Shown here: piece after piece, positions 46,368 to 57,600 of the stretch
Position numbering within the stretch: position 1 is the first letter of the stretch
Layout of the letters: every line of letters begins with the position of its first letter
Assembly: GCA_964016885.1 (NCBI GenBank)
Contig: OZ024757.1
Span: forward strand, 26,970,001-27,034,000
DNA: 64,000 bases
From: Eledone cirrhosa
Lineage: Eukaryota
Reading direction: 5' to 3'
Program-made: the position numbers and the translations under genes
The notes under the pieces: model-generated
What the model was told of the DNA's origin: nothing
The model's database searches: none
Seen by the model: the letters and a program-made list of their open reading frames with translations, nothing else

Positions 46368-46856
46368 GTAAGAAACAATCCAACATTTCTACTGCAAAAT
46401 TTCTATCTTCTTTTTCTTCGCCCACTTATTCCTGAGAGGGTCGTGGGGGCAGAGTCCTCAAACACTCCCTCCAGCGGGGCTTGTCAGAAGTAACCATCTC
46501 CAACTGATCTGGCTGGATCCCCAAGTGAGACCAGCCAAGCAAAACCAACCAGCAGGAGACCCAGAGGTAGAACCCAAGCAAGTTGGTTGGATAAATTTCT
46601 ATCTTATTCTTTTATATCTATTTTTTTTTAAGTAGTTTCATCTATCTATTTGTCTGTCTACCGTTATATCTATTTATTCATGTTTTTATCTATGTATCTA
46701 TCTGTCTCTCTATTTATGTATCTACCTATCTATATATCTGTTTGTCAGTCTATTTATCTATTTATCTGTCTGTCTGTCTCACTCTGTCTCTCTTTATCTA
46801 TCCATCCATCAATGTATTTATTTTATTATTTATTTATTTGCCTATCTTCATTTTAG

Positions 46857-47356
46857 CAGTCAGTCAAAGAAACATAGCAGCCAGCCATTTCCTGAAGCTG
46901 ATCCTAACAGGAACCAGAATGATAAAAGTCAACCAGAGAACTTCTTTGGTCTCAGTACAAAGCAGCTTTCAGTTGGAACACTTCCAAGCAAACAGCCTGA
47001 TAATTCTTATTCTCACAAAAGCAGCTCTCCATCAACTCCAATTTTGGCAAGGTCTAAAGTCTTAAACAAACCGTTGTCAAAACCTGTAATCAAAATCCCT
47101 CTTAATTCTTCATTATCTTTGAAATCTTTTGATGGTTCTTTGCCGGAGCTCTCAATAAAAGTGCCACACAAAGGTTCAGCCTCGAACAATTTGCCAAATT
47201 TGATGGGAGAGTCGGCAACCACCTCCAGTAACCCTGACCTGTCTATGATTGGAAAGCAGTCTAAACGAGTGTCCCGCCCTCTGCAGTGTTCAGCAACTCC
47301 ATGGTCATCATCTGAGAACACAAATTTACAGGAATGCTCCAAGACGCACGTGTTAA
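46857..47356 (+). CDS. NSMF: NSMF-like exon 3 (Ser/Pro-rich, SQSKKHSSQPFPEAD...ECSKTHVL)
   Basis: Acceptor ttttag; 500 nt open when entered in phase 2; contains ORF 47044; donor A|GTAAGT at 47357; ends phase 1. Confidence 0.8.
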
Positions 47357-47766
47357 GTAAGTATTTTTATTATATAATTATTATTAGGGTGGTGGATTGG
47401 CAGAATTGGTAGAGTATTGGACACCATGCTTTTCAGCATAAAGTTACAGCCCTTTACGTTCTGAGTTCAAATCCTGCCAAGGTTAGCTTTGCTTTTCATC
47501 CTTACAGGGTCAACAAAATAAAGTACCAGTCATTTAATCTACTTTCCCCTCCCACCAAAAAATTACTGGTCTTGTGCCTAAAAGTAGAAATAATTATTTA
47601 TGCCAGACAGGCTGAAGTGTTAGGGCCAGACTAAACCCCACTACCACTGTAACACCACCCCACCACAGCCACCCCCACCCCACCAAAGCCACCCCCACCA
47701 CCACGGTGATTGCTAATATTGTTGTTGTTTGTTGTTTCTAACACTCACCTTTGTCCATATTCACAG

Positions 47767-47888
47767 AGCAGTCTCTTGAAGAAGAGCTTCATCATTATCA
47801 GAAGGAGATAGACTATACACGTTGGATGTCAGAACAGCATTTAGAAAGGGTCCATCGTAGCTTGGATCACAAACCTTTAAGGCTCGTG
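47767..47888 (+). CDS. NSMF: NSMF-like exon 4 (KQSLEEELHHYQKEIDYTRWMSEQHLERVHRSLDHKPLRLV)
   Basis: Acceptor ttcacag; phase-1 entry fits; donor GTG|GTAAGG; phase 0. Confidence 0.85.
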
Positions 47889-48117
47889 GTAAGGTGGTTT
47901 TTTTTGTTTTTTTTTTCAAGAGCTCCCTCTCATACTTCTTATTAGCAGCTGTAAATAACAACCCCTAGACATATATTGAATTCTACCTTAATACCTTAGC
48001 ATGTTCCACCCTGTTTTGTCTTCAGCTTCACTAGATTACTCTGGTACTCAGAATCCCCACTTTTCTACAGGCACTCCACACCCAATTTTCCACAGCCACT
48101 CCCACGGGTCCATTACC

Positions 48118-49337
48118 TTACCAATACTATACCACACTCCTCTATCTCACCAATACTATACCACACACTCCTCTATCTCACCAATACTATACCACACTCT
48201 TCTATCTCACCAATACTATGCCACTCTCCTCTATCTCACCTATACTATACCACACTCCTCTATCTCACCAATACTATACCACACTCTTCTATCTCACCAA
48301 TACTATACCACACTCCTCTATCTCACCAATACTATACCACACACTCCTCTATCTCACCAATACTATACCACACTCTTCTATCTCACCAATACTATACCAC
48401 ACTCCTCTATCTCACCAATACTATACCACACACTCCTCTATCTCACCAATACTATCCCACACACTCCTCTATCTCACCAATACTATCCCACACTCCTCTA
48501 TCTCACCTATACTATCCCACACTCCTCTATCTCACCAATACTATACCACACTCCTCTATCTCACCAATATTATACCACACTCCTCTATCTCACCCATACT
48601 ATACCACATACTCTTCTATCTCACCTATACTATCCCACACTCCTCTATCTCACCTATACTATCCCACACTCCTCTATCTCACCAATACTATACCACACTC
48701 CTCTATCTCACCAATATTATACCACACTCTTCTATCTCACCCATACTATACCACATACTCTTCTATCTCACCTATACTATACCACACTCCTCTATCTCAC
48801 CTATACTATCCCACATTCCTCTATCTCACCTATACTATCCCACACTCCTCTATCTCATCAATACTATACCACACTCTTCTATCTCACCTATACTATACCA
48901 CACACTCTTCTATCTCACCTATACTATCCCACACTCCTCTATCTCACCTATACTATACCACACTCCTCTATCTCACCAATACTATACCACACTCCTCTAT
49001 CTCACCAATGCTATACCACACTCTTCTATCTCACCTATACTATACCACACTCTTCTATCTCACCAATACTATATCACACTCCTCTATCTCACCTATACTA
49101 TACCACACACTCCTCTATCTCACCTATACTATACCACACTCCTCTATCTCACCTATACTATCCCACACTCCTCTATCTCACCTATACTATACCACACTCT
49201 TCTATCTCACCAATATTATACCACACTCCTCTATCTCACCTATACTATACCACACACTCCTCTATCTCACCTATACTATACCACACTCCTCTATCTCACC
49301 AATACTATACCACACTCTTCTATCTCACCTATACTAT
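48118..49337. repeat. 29/31-bp minisatellite in intron 4
   Basis: Unit CCAATACTATACCACACTCCTCTATCTCA. Confidence 0.93.
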
Positions 49338-49360
49338 GTACAGTTATGTTTTCATTTCAG

Positions 49361-49435
49361 ATAATATCATCCAAGATAGCTCAGAATGAGTTTCTTATTG
49401 ACAACTTGCCACTAAATACATTTGATTTGATATAC
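49361..49435 (+). CDS. NSMF: NSMF-like exon 5 (IISSKIAQNEFLIDNLPLNTFDLIY)
   Basis: Acceptor ttttcatttcag, donor TAC|GTGAGT, 75 nt; resembles vertebrate NSMF LISSKVPKAEYI...ILY (recalled sequence). Confidence 0.88.
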
Positions 49436-49479
49436 GTGAGTAGTGAGACCTTTACATTCCAACATGTCATTATGTCATG

Positions 49480-50635
49480 TTGTCACTGCTATCTTTTTAC
49501 AAGTACCTATTGACATTTCTACATTACCACATGTTTATCACTACACTGCTATCTTTCTACATGTACCTATTGACACTTCAAAATTCTCACAGGTTTATCA
49601 CTACACTGCTGTCTTCCCACATATTCTTGTTGACACTGCTATCTTTCTACATGTACCTAATGGCATTTCTACATTTCCACATGTTTATCACTGCACTGCT
49701 ATCATCCTACATGTTTACCACTACACTGCTATCATCCCACATGTCAATCATGACACTGCTATCGTCCCACATGTTCTTGTTGACACTGTTATCTTTCTAC
49801 ATGTAGCTATTGACACTTATAATAATAATAATAATGAAAATATTGTGTACAGTGCTCAGGTGCACTACAACTCATCAAAAGTGTATGTATAGTACATAGG
49901 GTAATGTACAAACGTCAGGAAAATGAACAGTGCATGAGTCATGATATACACATTCACCAAAACTACACCTGATGTCCCCCTTCCATACACATGTGCATGT
50001 GTATGGAAGGGGTACATCAGGTGTAGTTTTGGTGAATTTCGGGAGGCATGAGGGTTTTAAAGGATGCAGTGTCTCGACAGCTAACAACTGACGCAGGCAG
50101 TTTGTTCCATGCTTCAGCAACTCTAAGCATGAAAAAATGTTTCCGAAAGTCATGGGAGCTGTGCTGTTTTCTGACTTTGTAAGCATGTCCACGTGTGTTA
50201 GACATATGGAGATCAAAAAGGTGCTCAGAGTTGTTGTTGGCGAGATGGTTAATAACTTTGTGGGTGTTTACCAAGTCCATTGCCAGACGTCGGAGCTTCA
50301 ATGAATCCATGCCCAGGGAACCAAGGCGTTCAGAGTATGGTAGGTGTCTGATGGAGGGTATGCGCTTGGTTGCACGTCTTTGAACAATTTCCAGGTGGTC
50401 AATGTTCTGAGCAAGATAGGGGTTCCAGACTGATGATGCGAATTCCAAGTGTGGTCGTACCATAGCTGTATACAGGTTTAAATAGATGGCTGGAGAACGG
50501 CTAACAAAGGTCTTGCTGAGTGATGCCAAGACACCCTCGACTGCTATCATCCTACACGTCAATCACAACACTGCTATCTTTCTACATGTCAATTATGACA
50601 CTGCTATCATTCCACATGTACCTACTGACACTTTT
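49480..50635. repeat. Degenerate 30-bp minisatellite split by a CR1 insertion
   Basis: CACTGCTATC...ACATGT units at 49480-49818 and 50540-50635. Confidence 0.8.
49819..50540 (-). mobile_element. CR1-clade LINE 3' fragment inserted into a 30-bp minisatellite
   Basis: ORF 50017-50562 has CR1 motifs; (AAT)n tail at 49819. Confidence 0.88.
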
Positions 50636-50868
50636 ACATGGAAATATCCAACAAAATTGGAGGAACTTAATATAACAACTAACTTCTTTAGTAAGCTGGG
50701 ATTCAGAACATCACTTAACAAAAATTTCTAAAATAAAATTATGATGGAAGGTTTTAATATAAGGATAAACATTTTAAAATGAGCAGTTTTATATGATAAT
50801 ATGCAGGGAAGTTTCAGTTGGTTTTGTATCAAAAGGGTTAAGCTGTCTTTTATTTTTCTGTTTTTCAG

Positions 50869-50902
50869 GATTATGACAATTTTTCAACCTCAGATCTTCT
50901 GG
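50869..50902 (+). CDS. NSMF: NSMF-like exon 6, 34-nt micro-exon (DYDNFSTSDLL)
   Basis: Acceptor tttttcag, donor G|GTAAGT; resembles NSMF DHEHATFEDIL; ends phase 1. Confidence 0.85.
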
Positions 50903-51738
50903 GTAAGTTGTGAGTCTCTTCTCATTGTTTACTACAGCCGGGGTAGTAGAACTCGGAGAGCCCAATAATTATATTTTGCTACCGACACTACCAAAACACA
51001 CATCTATTTGTATATGTGCAACAATTTATGTACATGTTTTGTTTATCACAGTTTTTTATATCTTGGTTGATATTTGATAATAACAACTAAACTAATCGCT
51101 ACAACTAAATTGACCAAATTTGCTTCTCCCCCCCCCCCCCCCAATTCAGAAACGCTTCCTCCGCCCCTGTACTCATCTGAATGAACATTGTTTACTGACA
51201 CTTTCAGTTGATTTGTCCAGATTAGACATCCTTACACTCATGTTATCCACAGTATTGCTGTTTCTGGTGACTCCTCTACGGTTAACCCTTGTATCATTAC
51301 ATTTCAAATCCCGCCGAGGTTGACTTTGCCTTTCATCCTTACGGGGTCAATAAAATAAAGTACCAGTAATGTATTGGGTAATTGCTGGCCTTGTGCCAAA
51401 AGTAGAAACAATTATTACATTTCTGATGAATATAATCAAGACCGAAAGGATTTAGTACCATAATTAACTTCTTATTATTAAGGCAGTGGATTGGCAGTAT
51501 TGGTAGAGAGCGGACGCCCTGCTTTCCAGCATAGTTATGACCCTTTACGGTCTGAGTTCAAATCCTGCCGAGGTTCACTTTGCCTTTCATCCTTACGGGG
51601 TCGATAAAATAAAGTACCAGTAACGTACTGGGTAATTGCTGGCCTTGTGCCAAAAGTAGAAACAATTATTAAGCTTGTGTTTAGAATATAACATCAAGAC
51701 TTTGAAATGATTTAGTACTATAACCAACTTTCTTGTTA

Positions 51739-51967
51739 TTAACCCTTTAGCATTTACATTACTCTATATTTAGTATTGCATTTTCATGGTAAAGGCTTTA
51801 CCTCACATAATTATCTCACATAATATCGAATCTATAAAAGTTTGATATTATTTATTTTGAGAACAATACCTTAACATAAGTATGAATGGCCAGTTACAGC
51901 TGGTTTGAACAGAAAGAGGTGAGAGAATTCTGGCTGGATATGACTGGTTTAAAAGCTAAAGGGTTAA
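51739..51967. mobile_element. piggyBac-type MITE (~225 bp), representative. Others approx: 6131-6358, 39118-39321, 41406-41620, 53709-53929, 54197 onward; partial 625-670, 37714-37742
   Basis: TTAA-CCCTTTAGCATTTA...TAAA(T/A)GCTAAAGGG-TTAA terminal inverted repeats with TTAA TSD. Confidence 0.82.
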
Positions 51968-52572
51968 GCTTGTGTTTAGACTTTGAAATTATTTAGTAAT
52001 ATAACTAACTTTCTTTTTACTAAGATACTATTTGGAATATAAAATTAAAACTTTGAAAGATTTTAGAAATATAACTTACTTTCTTATTGTTAAGTTAGTA
52101 TTTGTAATATAACATGAGGATGTTGAAAGGATGAAGTAATATAGCTAACTTTTCTCAGTATTAAGTCAGTGTGAGGGTGGTGGAGTAGCATAATCATTAG
52201 ACCCTGGGGTGCTTTTAACAGAATCTGTTCAGCTGCAGGTTATTCCAGCTATATCTCCAAGCTGAAGATACCTCTCTCCCTCACACCAGTCTCTGAGGCC
52301 CTGAAAAAAAAGTCATGGATCTTACACTTCCTCATAATAGTACCCCAGGGGGTACTATTAACAAAATCCATTTAGTTGCGGGTATTTGAGCTAGATCTTT
52401 AGGTTCAACACATCTTCCACTCTCTCTCTACCTTCCCTTCAATCTCAGAGGCCCTGAAAATAGTCATGGAAATTCCTCTTTCCTCTGATTCAAGTTGTGG
52501 TTATGTAATCAAGGAAATACCTTTAACAAAACAAACAAACAAATAAATCCATTTTTATTCCCTTTCTTCCAG

Positions 52573-52631
52573 ATGCAATCCACAGGAAATTAGATGGCAA
52601 AAAAGTTGAAAGTCTTCTAATAATGTGCAAG
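52573..52631 (+). CDS. NSMF: NSMF-like exon 7 (DAIHRKLDGKKVESLLIMCK)
   Basis: Acceptor ctttcttccag, phase-1 entry, donor AAG|GTAATT; resembles NSMF EEIERKL...KIWKMLIFCQ. Confidence 0.87.
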
Positions 52632-52654
52632 GTAATTGAATAGGAGTAGATCCT

Positions 52655-52935
52655 TCTTCTTCTTCTTCTTCTTCTTTGCCCATTTATTCCTGGGGGGGGG
52701 GGTTGTGGGGGGCAGCGTCCTCAAACACTCCCTCCAGCGGGTCCTGACAGAAGCAACCATCTCCAACTGACCCAGCTGGATCCCCAATCATGACCAGTCA
52801 TGCTCATGGATGATATCCAACCATCTTGCTCAGGGTCTACCCTCGGGTCTCCTACCAGTTGGTTTTACCTGTAAAATCTGTCCAGCAATTTTTTCCTGAG
52901 ACATTCTAACCACAAACCCATAGTAATTGAGAGAT
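52655..52935 (-). mobile_element. Second RTE-like LINE 3' fragment (also ~46405-46580)
   Basis: Decayed KPTGRRPEGRP..RW..II..DW motif; (GAA)n tail. Confidence 0.65.
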
Positions 52936-53159
52936 CACATCCTTTTGTAAAGTATCTTTTTTTCTTTTTTACAAATAGTGTGTTCGCTTTTTACACAAAG
53001 ATGCGTTCATGAATACGACACATAAAGCAAATTCGCATAATTTAAGTCTAATAATAATCATTACAGCACTCAGGTAGAGACTGTCGGTGGAATTAGAAAG
53101 AGAAAAATAATTGAATAAAAATGCAACTTTAATATATACTATATTATTATTTCTGATGA

Positions 53160-53612
53160 TTTCTGCATGGTAGTGAAACATGGGCAGCAACTACAGAGGA
53201 TATGCGACAGCTGGAGAGAAATGAAGCAAGCATGCTCCATTGGATGTGCAATGTCAATGTACGTGAACGACCAAGCATAGATGAGTTGAGAGAGAAACTG
53301 TGTATGAAAGGGATAAGTTGTGGTGTGCGGGAGAGAAGACTGAGATGGTATGGACATGTGATGCACATGGAGGATGGCCGCTGGGTAAAGAAGCGCCAAG
53401 AAATCCCAGTAGAAGGAAAGCACAGTAGAGGAAGACCACGAAAAACATGGGCGGAAGTGGTGAGAGCAGATCTCAGATTGCTGAAACTCACGGAGGAGAT
53501 GATGAAGGACTGTGACAAGTGGAGAGATGCTGTGCTGAATAGGACCCGTCCCACCCTTGCAAGCAGGAGAAAAGCGGACGTAAAATGATAATGATGATGA
53601 TGATGATAATGA
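53160..53612 (+). mobile_element. RTE-clade LINE 3' fragment
   Basis: RRLRWYGHVMHM...GKHSRGRPRKTW motif; (GAT)n tail; short copy at 31510-31663. Confidence 0.88.
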
Positions 53613-54069
53613 TTTCCTTGGTCAATTCTAATGTTATATTAAATTTCTGATAAATAAAAAAATTAAAAACCACACACGTTATAGCGTGTTATTCACGCAA
53701 AGTGAATGTTTAACTCTTTAGCATTTACATTACTCTATTCTGTTTTCACTGTAAAGACTTTACTCCACATAATTATCTCACATAATATCGAATCTATGAG
53801 ATTTTGATGTTATTTATTTTGAGTACAATACCTTAACATCAGTATGAGCAGCCAGGTACAGCCAGTTTGAACAGAAAGAGGTGCGGGAATTCTGGCCGGA
53901 TATGGCCAATTTAAATGCTAAATGGTTAATAATATTTTTTCCAGCTCCTATCTACTCAGCTTACCTCTTTCCCCTAAATTGCTAGCCTTGTACCAGTTTT
54001 AAAAAGAATTATGACTATTATTATTCTTGTTGTTATTGTAGTTGTAACTATTGTATTTCTCCTTAACAG

Positions 54070-54155
54070 GGAGGTCCAGGATATATGTATTTGGTAAAGA
54101 ACAATGTAGTGACTCCTCAAAAACTGAAGAGCAGTGATTACCAAGAATTAAACTG
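54070..54155 (+). CDS. NSMF: NSMF-like exon 8 (GGPGYMYLVKNNVVTPQKLKSSDYQELN); gene continues beyond window
   Basis: Acceptor tttctccttaacag, donor TG|GTGAGT; GGPGYMYLVKNNVVT resembles NSMF GGPGHLYLLKNKVAT. Confidence 0.9.
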
Positions 54156-54238
54156 GTGAGTCTTACTGGACCCTGGACCCTTTCATTACCATATTTTTAA
54201 CACTTTAGCATTTACATTACTCTATATATACTATTGTA

Positions 54239-54453
54239 TGCGTGGCTGAGTGGTAAGAGAATTGGATTCGCAATTGTGACATTGTAAGTTTGATTTCTCG
54301 ACCGGGCGATGCGTTATGTCCTTGAGCAAGACACTTTATTTCATGTTGCTCCTTCTGCCTGGAGTTGCGACCGATAGATAATAATAGCAATTGGAAAGAC
54401 TAATGGAAACATTGTTTCCTCGGTCCGATTTGATGAAAGTCGATTGACTGTCG
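54239..54453 (+). mobile_element. CORE-type SINE inserted in a piggyBac-type MITE, 11-bp TSD ATACTATTGTA (54228-54238 / 54454-54464)
   Basis: tRNA head, CORE-like block, exact TSD; relatives at ~30998-31285 (+) and ~39495-39677 (-). Confidence 0.78.
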
Positions 54454-54616
54454 ATACTATTGTACTTTTGTGGTAAAGGTTTTACCTCACATAATTATCT
54501 CGCATATTATTGAATCTACGAGATTTTGATATTTATTTTGAGAAGCACACCTTAACATCAGTATGAGCAGCCAATTACAGCCGGTTTTAAACAAAAAGAG
54601 GTGAGATATTCTGGCC

Positions 54617-57600
54617 AGTTTGAATAGAAAGGGGTGAGACAATTCTGGCAAGATATGGTTGGTTTGAATAGAAGGAAGTGAGAGAATTCTGGCCAGATAT
54701 GGCTGATTTGAATAGAAGGAAGTGAGAGAATTCTGGCCAGATATGGCTGGTTTGAATAGAAGGAAGTGAGAGAATTCTGGCCGGATATGGTTGGTTTGAA
54801 TAGAAAGAAGTGAGAGAATTCTGGTCAGATATGGCTGGTTTGAATAGAAAGAAGTGAGAGAATTCTGGCCGGATATGGCTGGTTTGAATAGAAGGAAGTG
54901 AGAGAATTCTGGCCAGATATGGCTGGTTTGAATAGAAGGAAGTGAGAGAATTCTGGTCAGATATGGCTGATTTGAATAGAAGGAAGTGAGAGAATTCTGG
55001 CCGGATATGGTTGGTTTGAATAGAAGGAAGTGAGAGAATTCTGGCCAGATATGGCTGGTTTGAATAGAAGGAAGTGAGAGAATTCTGGCCGGATATGGTT
55101 GGTTTGAATAGAAAGAAGTGAGAGAATTCTGGTCAGATATGGCTGGTTTGAATAGAAAGAAGTGAGAGAATTCTGGCCGGATATGGCTGGTTTGAATAGA
55201 AGGAAGTGAGAGAATTCTGGCCAGATATGGCTGGTTTGAATAGAAGGAAGTGAGAGAATTCTGGTCAGATATGGCTGATTTGAATAGAAGGAAGTGAGAG
55301 AATTCTGGCCGGATATGGTTGGTTTGAATAGAAGGAAGTGAGAGAATTCTGGCCAGATATGGCTGGTTTGAATAGAAGGAAGTGAGAGAATTCTGGCCGG
55401 ATATGGTTGGTTTGAATAGAAGGAAGTGAGAGAATTCTGGCTGGATATGGTTGGTTTGAATAGAAGGAAGTGAGAGAATTCTGGCCAGATATGGCTGGTT
55501 TGAATAGAAGGAAGTGAGGCAATTCTCGCCAGATATGGCTGGTTTGAATAGAAGGAAGTGAGAGAATTCTGGCCAGATATGGCTGGTTTGAATAGAAGGA
55601 AGTGAGAGAATTCTGGCCAGATATGGCTGGTTTGAATAGAAGGAAGTGAGGCAATTCTCGCCAGATATGGCTGGTTTGAATAGAAGGAAGTGAGAGAATT
55701 CTGGCCAGATATGGCTGGTTTGAATAGAAGGAAGTGAGAGAATTCTGGCCAGATATGGCTGGTTTGAATAGAAGGAAGTGAGGCAATTCTCGCCAGATAT
55801 GGCTGGTTTGAATAGAAGGAAGTGAGAGAATTCTGGCCAGATATGGCTGGTTTGAATAGAAGGAAGTGAGAGAATTCTGGCCAGATATGGTTGGTTTGAA
55901 TAGAAGGAAGTGAGAGAATTCTGGCCAGATATGGTTGGTTTGAATAGAAGGAAGTGAGAGAATTCTGGCCAGATATGGTTGGTTTGAATAGAAGGAAGTG
56001 AGAGAATTCTGGCCAGATATGGTTGGTTTGAATAGAAGGAAGTGAGAGAATTCTGGCCAGATATGGTTGGTTTGAATAGAAGGAAGTGAGAGAATTCTGG
56101 CCAGATATGGTTGGTTTGAATAGAAGGAAGTGAGAGAATTCTGGCCAGATATGGCTGGTTTGAATAGAAGGAAGTGAGAGAATTCTGGCCAGATATGGTT
56201 GGTTTGAATAGAAGGAAGTGAGAGAATTCTGGCCAGATATGGTTGGTTTGAATAGAAGGAAGTGAGAGAATTCTGGCCAGATATGGTTGGTTTGAATAGA
56301 AGGAAGTGAGAGAATTCTGGCCAGATATGGTTGGTTTGAATAGAAGGAAGTGAGAGAATTCTGGCCAGATATGGCTGGTTTGAATAGAAGGAAGTGAGAG
56401 AATTCTGGCCAGATATGGTTGGTTTGAATAGAAGGAAGTGAGAGAATTCTGGCCAGATATGGTTGGTTTGAATAGAAGGAAGTGAGAGAATTCTGGCCAG
56501 ATATGGTTGGTTTGAATAGAAGGAAGTGAGAGAATTCTGGCCAGATATGGTTGGTTTGAATAGAAGGAAGTGAGAGAATTCTGGCCAGATATGGCTGGTT
56601 TGAATAGAAGGAAGTGAGAGAATTCTGGCCAGATATGGTTGGTTTGAATAGAAGGAAGTGAGAGAATTCTGGCCAGATATGGCTGGTTTGAATAGAAGGA
56701 AGTGAGAGAATTCTGGCCAGATATGGTTGGTTGGAATAGAAGGAAGTGAGAGAATTCTGGCCAGATATGGTTGGTTTGAATAGAAGGAAGTGAGAGAATT
56801 CTGGCCAGATATGGTTGGTTTGAATAGAAGGAAGGGAGATAATTCTGGCCGGATATGGCTGGTTTGATTAGAAGGAAGTGAGGCAATTCTGGCCGGATAT
56901 GGCTGGTTTGAATAGAAGGAAGTGAGAGAATTCTGGCCGGATATGGTTGGTTTGAATAGAAGGAAGTGAGAGAATTCTGGCCGGATATGGTTGGTTTGAA
57001 TAGAAAGAAGTGAGAGAATTCTGGTCAGATATGGCTGGTTTGAATAGAAAGAAGTGAGAGAATTCTGGCCGGATATGGCTGGTTTGAATAGAAGGAAGTG
57101 AGAGAATTCTGGCCAGATATGGCTGGTTTGAATAGAAGGAAGTGAGAGAATTCTGGTCAGATATGGCTGATTTGAATAGAAGGAAGTGAGAGAATTCTGG
57201 CCGGATATGGTTGGTTTGAATAGAAGGAAGTGAGAGAATTCTGGCCAGATATGGCTGGTTTGAATAGAAGGAAGTGAGAGAATTCTGGCCGGATATGGTT
57301 GGTTTGAATAGAAGGAAGTGAGAGAATTCTGGCTGGATATGGTTGGTTTGAATAGAAGGAAGTGAGAGAATTCTGGCCAGATATGGCTGGTTTGAATAGA
57401 AGGAAGTGAGGCAATTCTCGCCAGATATGGCTGGTTTGAATAGAAGGAAGTGAGAGAATTCTGGCCAGATATGGCTGGTTTGAATAGAAGGAAGTGAGAG
57501 AATTCTGGCCAGATATGGCTGGTTTGAATAGAAGGAAGTGAGGCAATTCTCGCCAGATATGGCTGGTTTGAATAGAAGGAAGTGAGAGAATTCTGGCCAG

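Noticed and set aside
48001-49513. 462-aa and 431-aa ORFs
   Set aside because: Translations of the 29/31-bp minisatellite; only 49361-49435 is a real exon.
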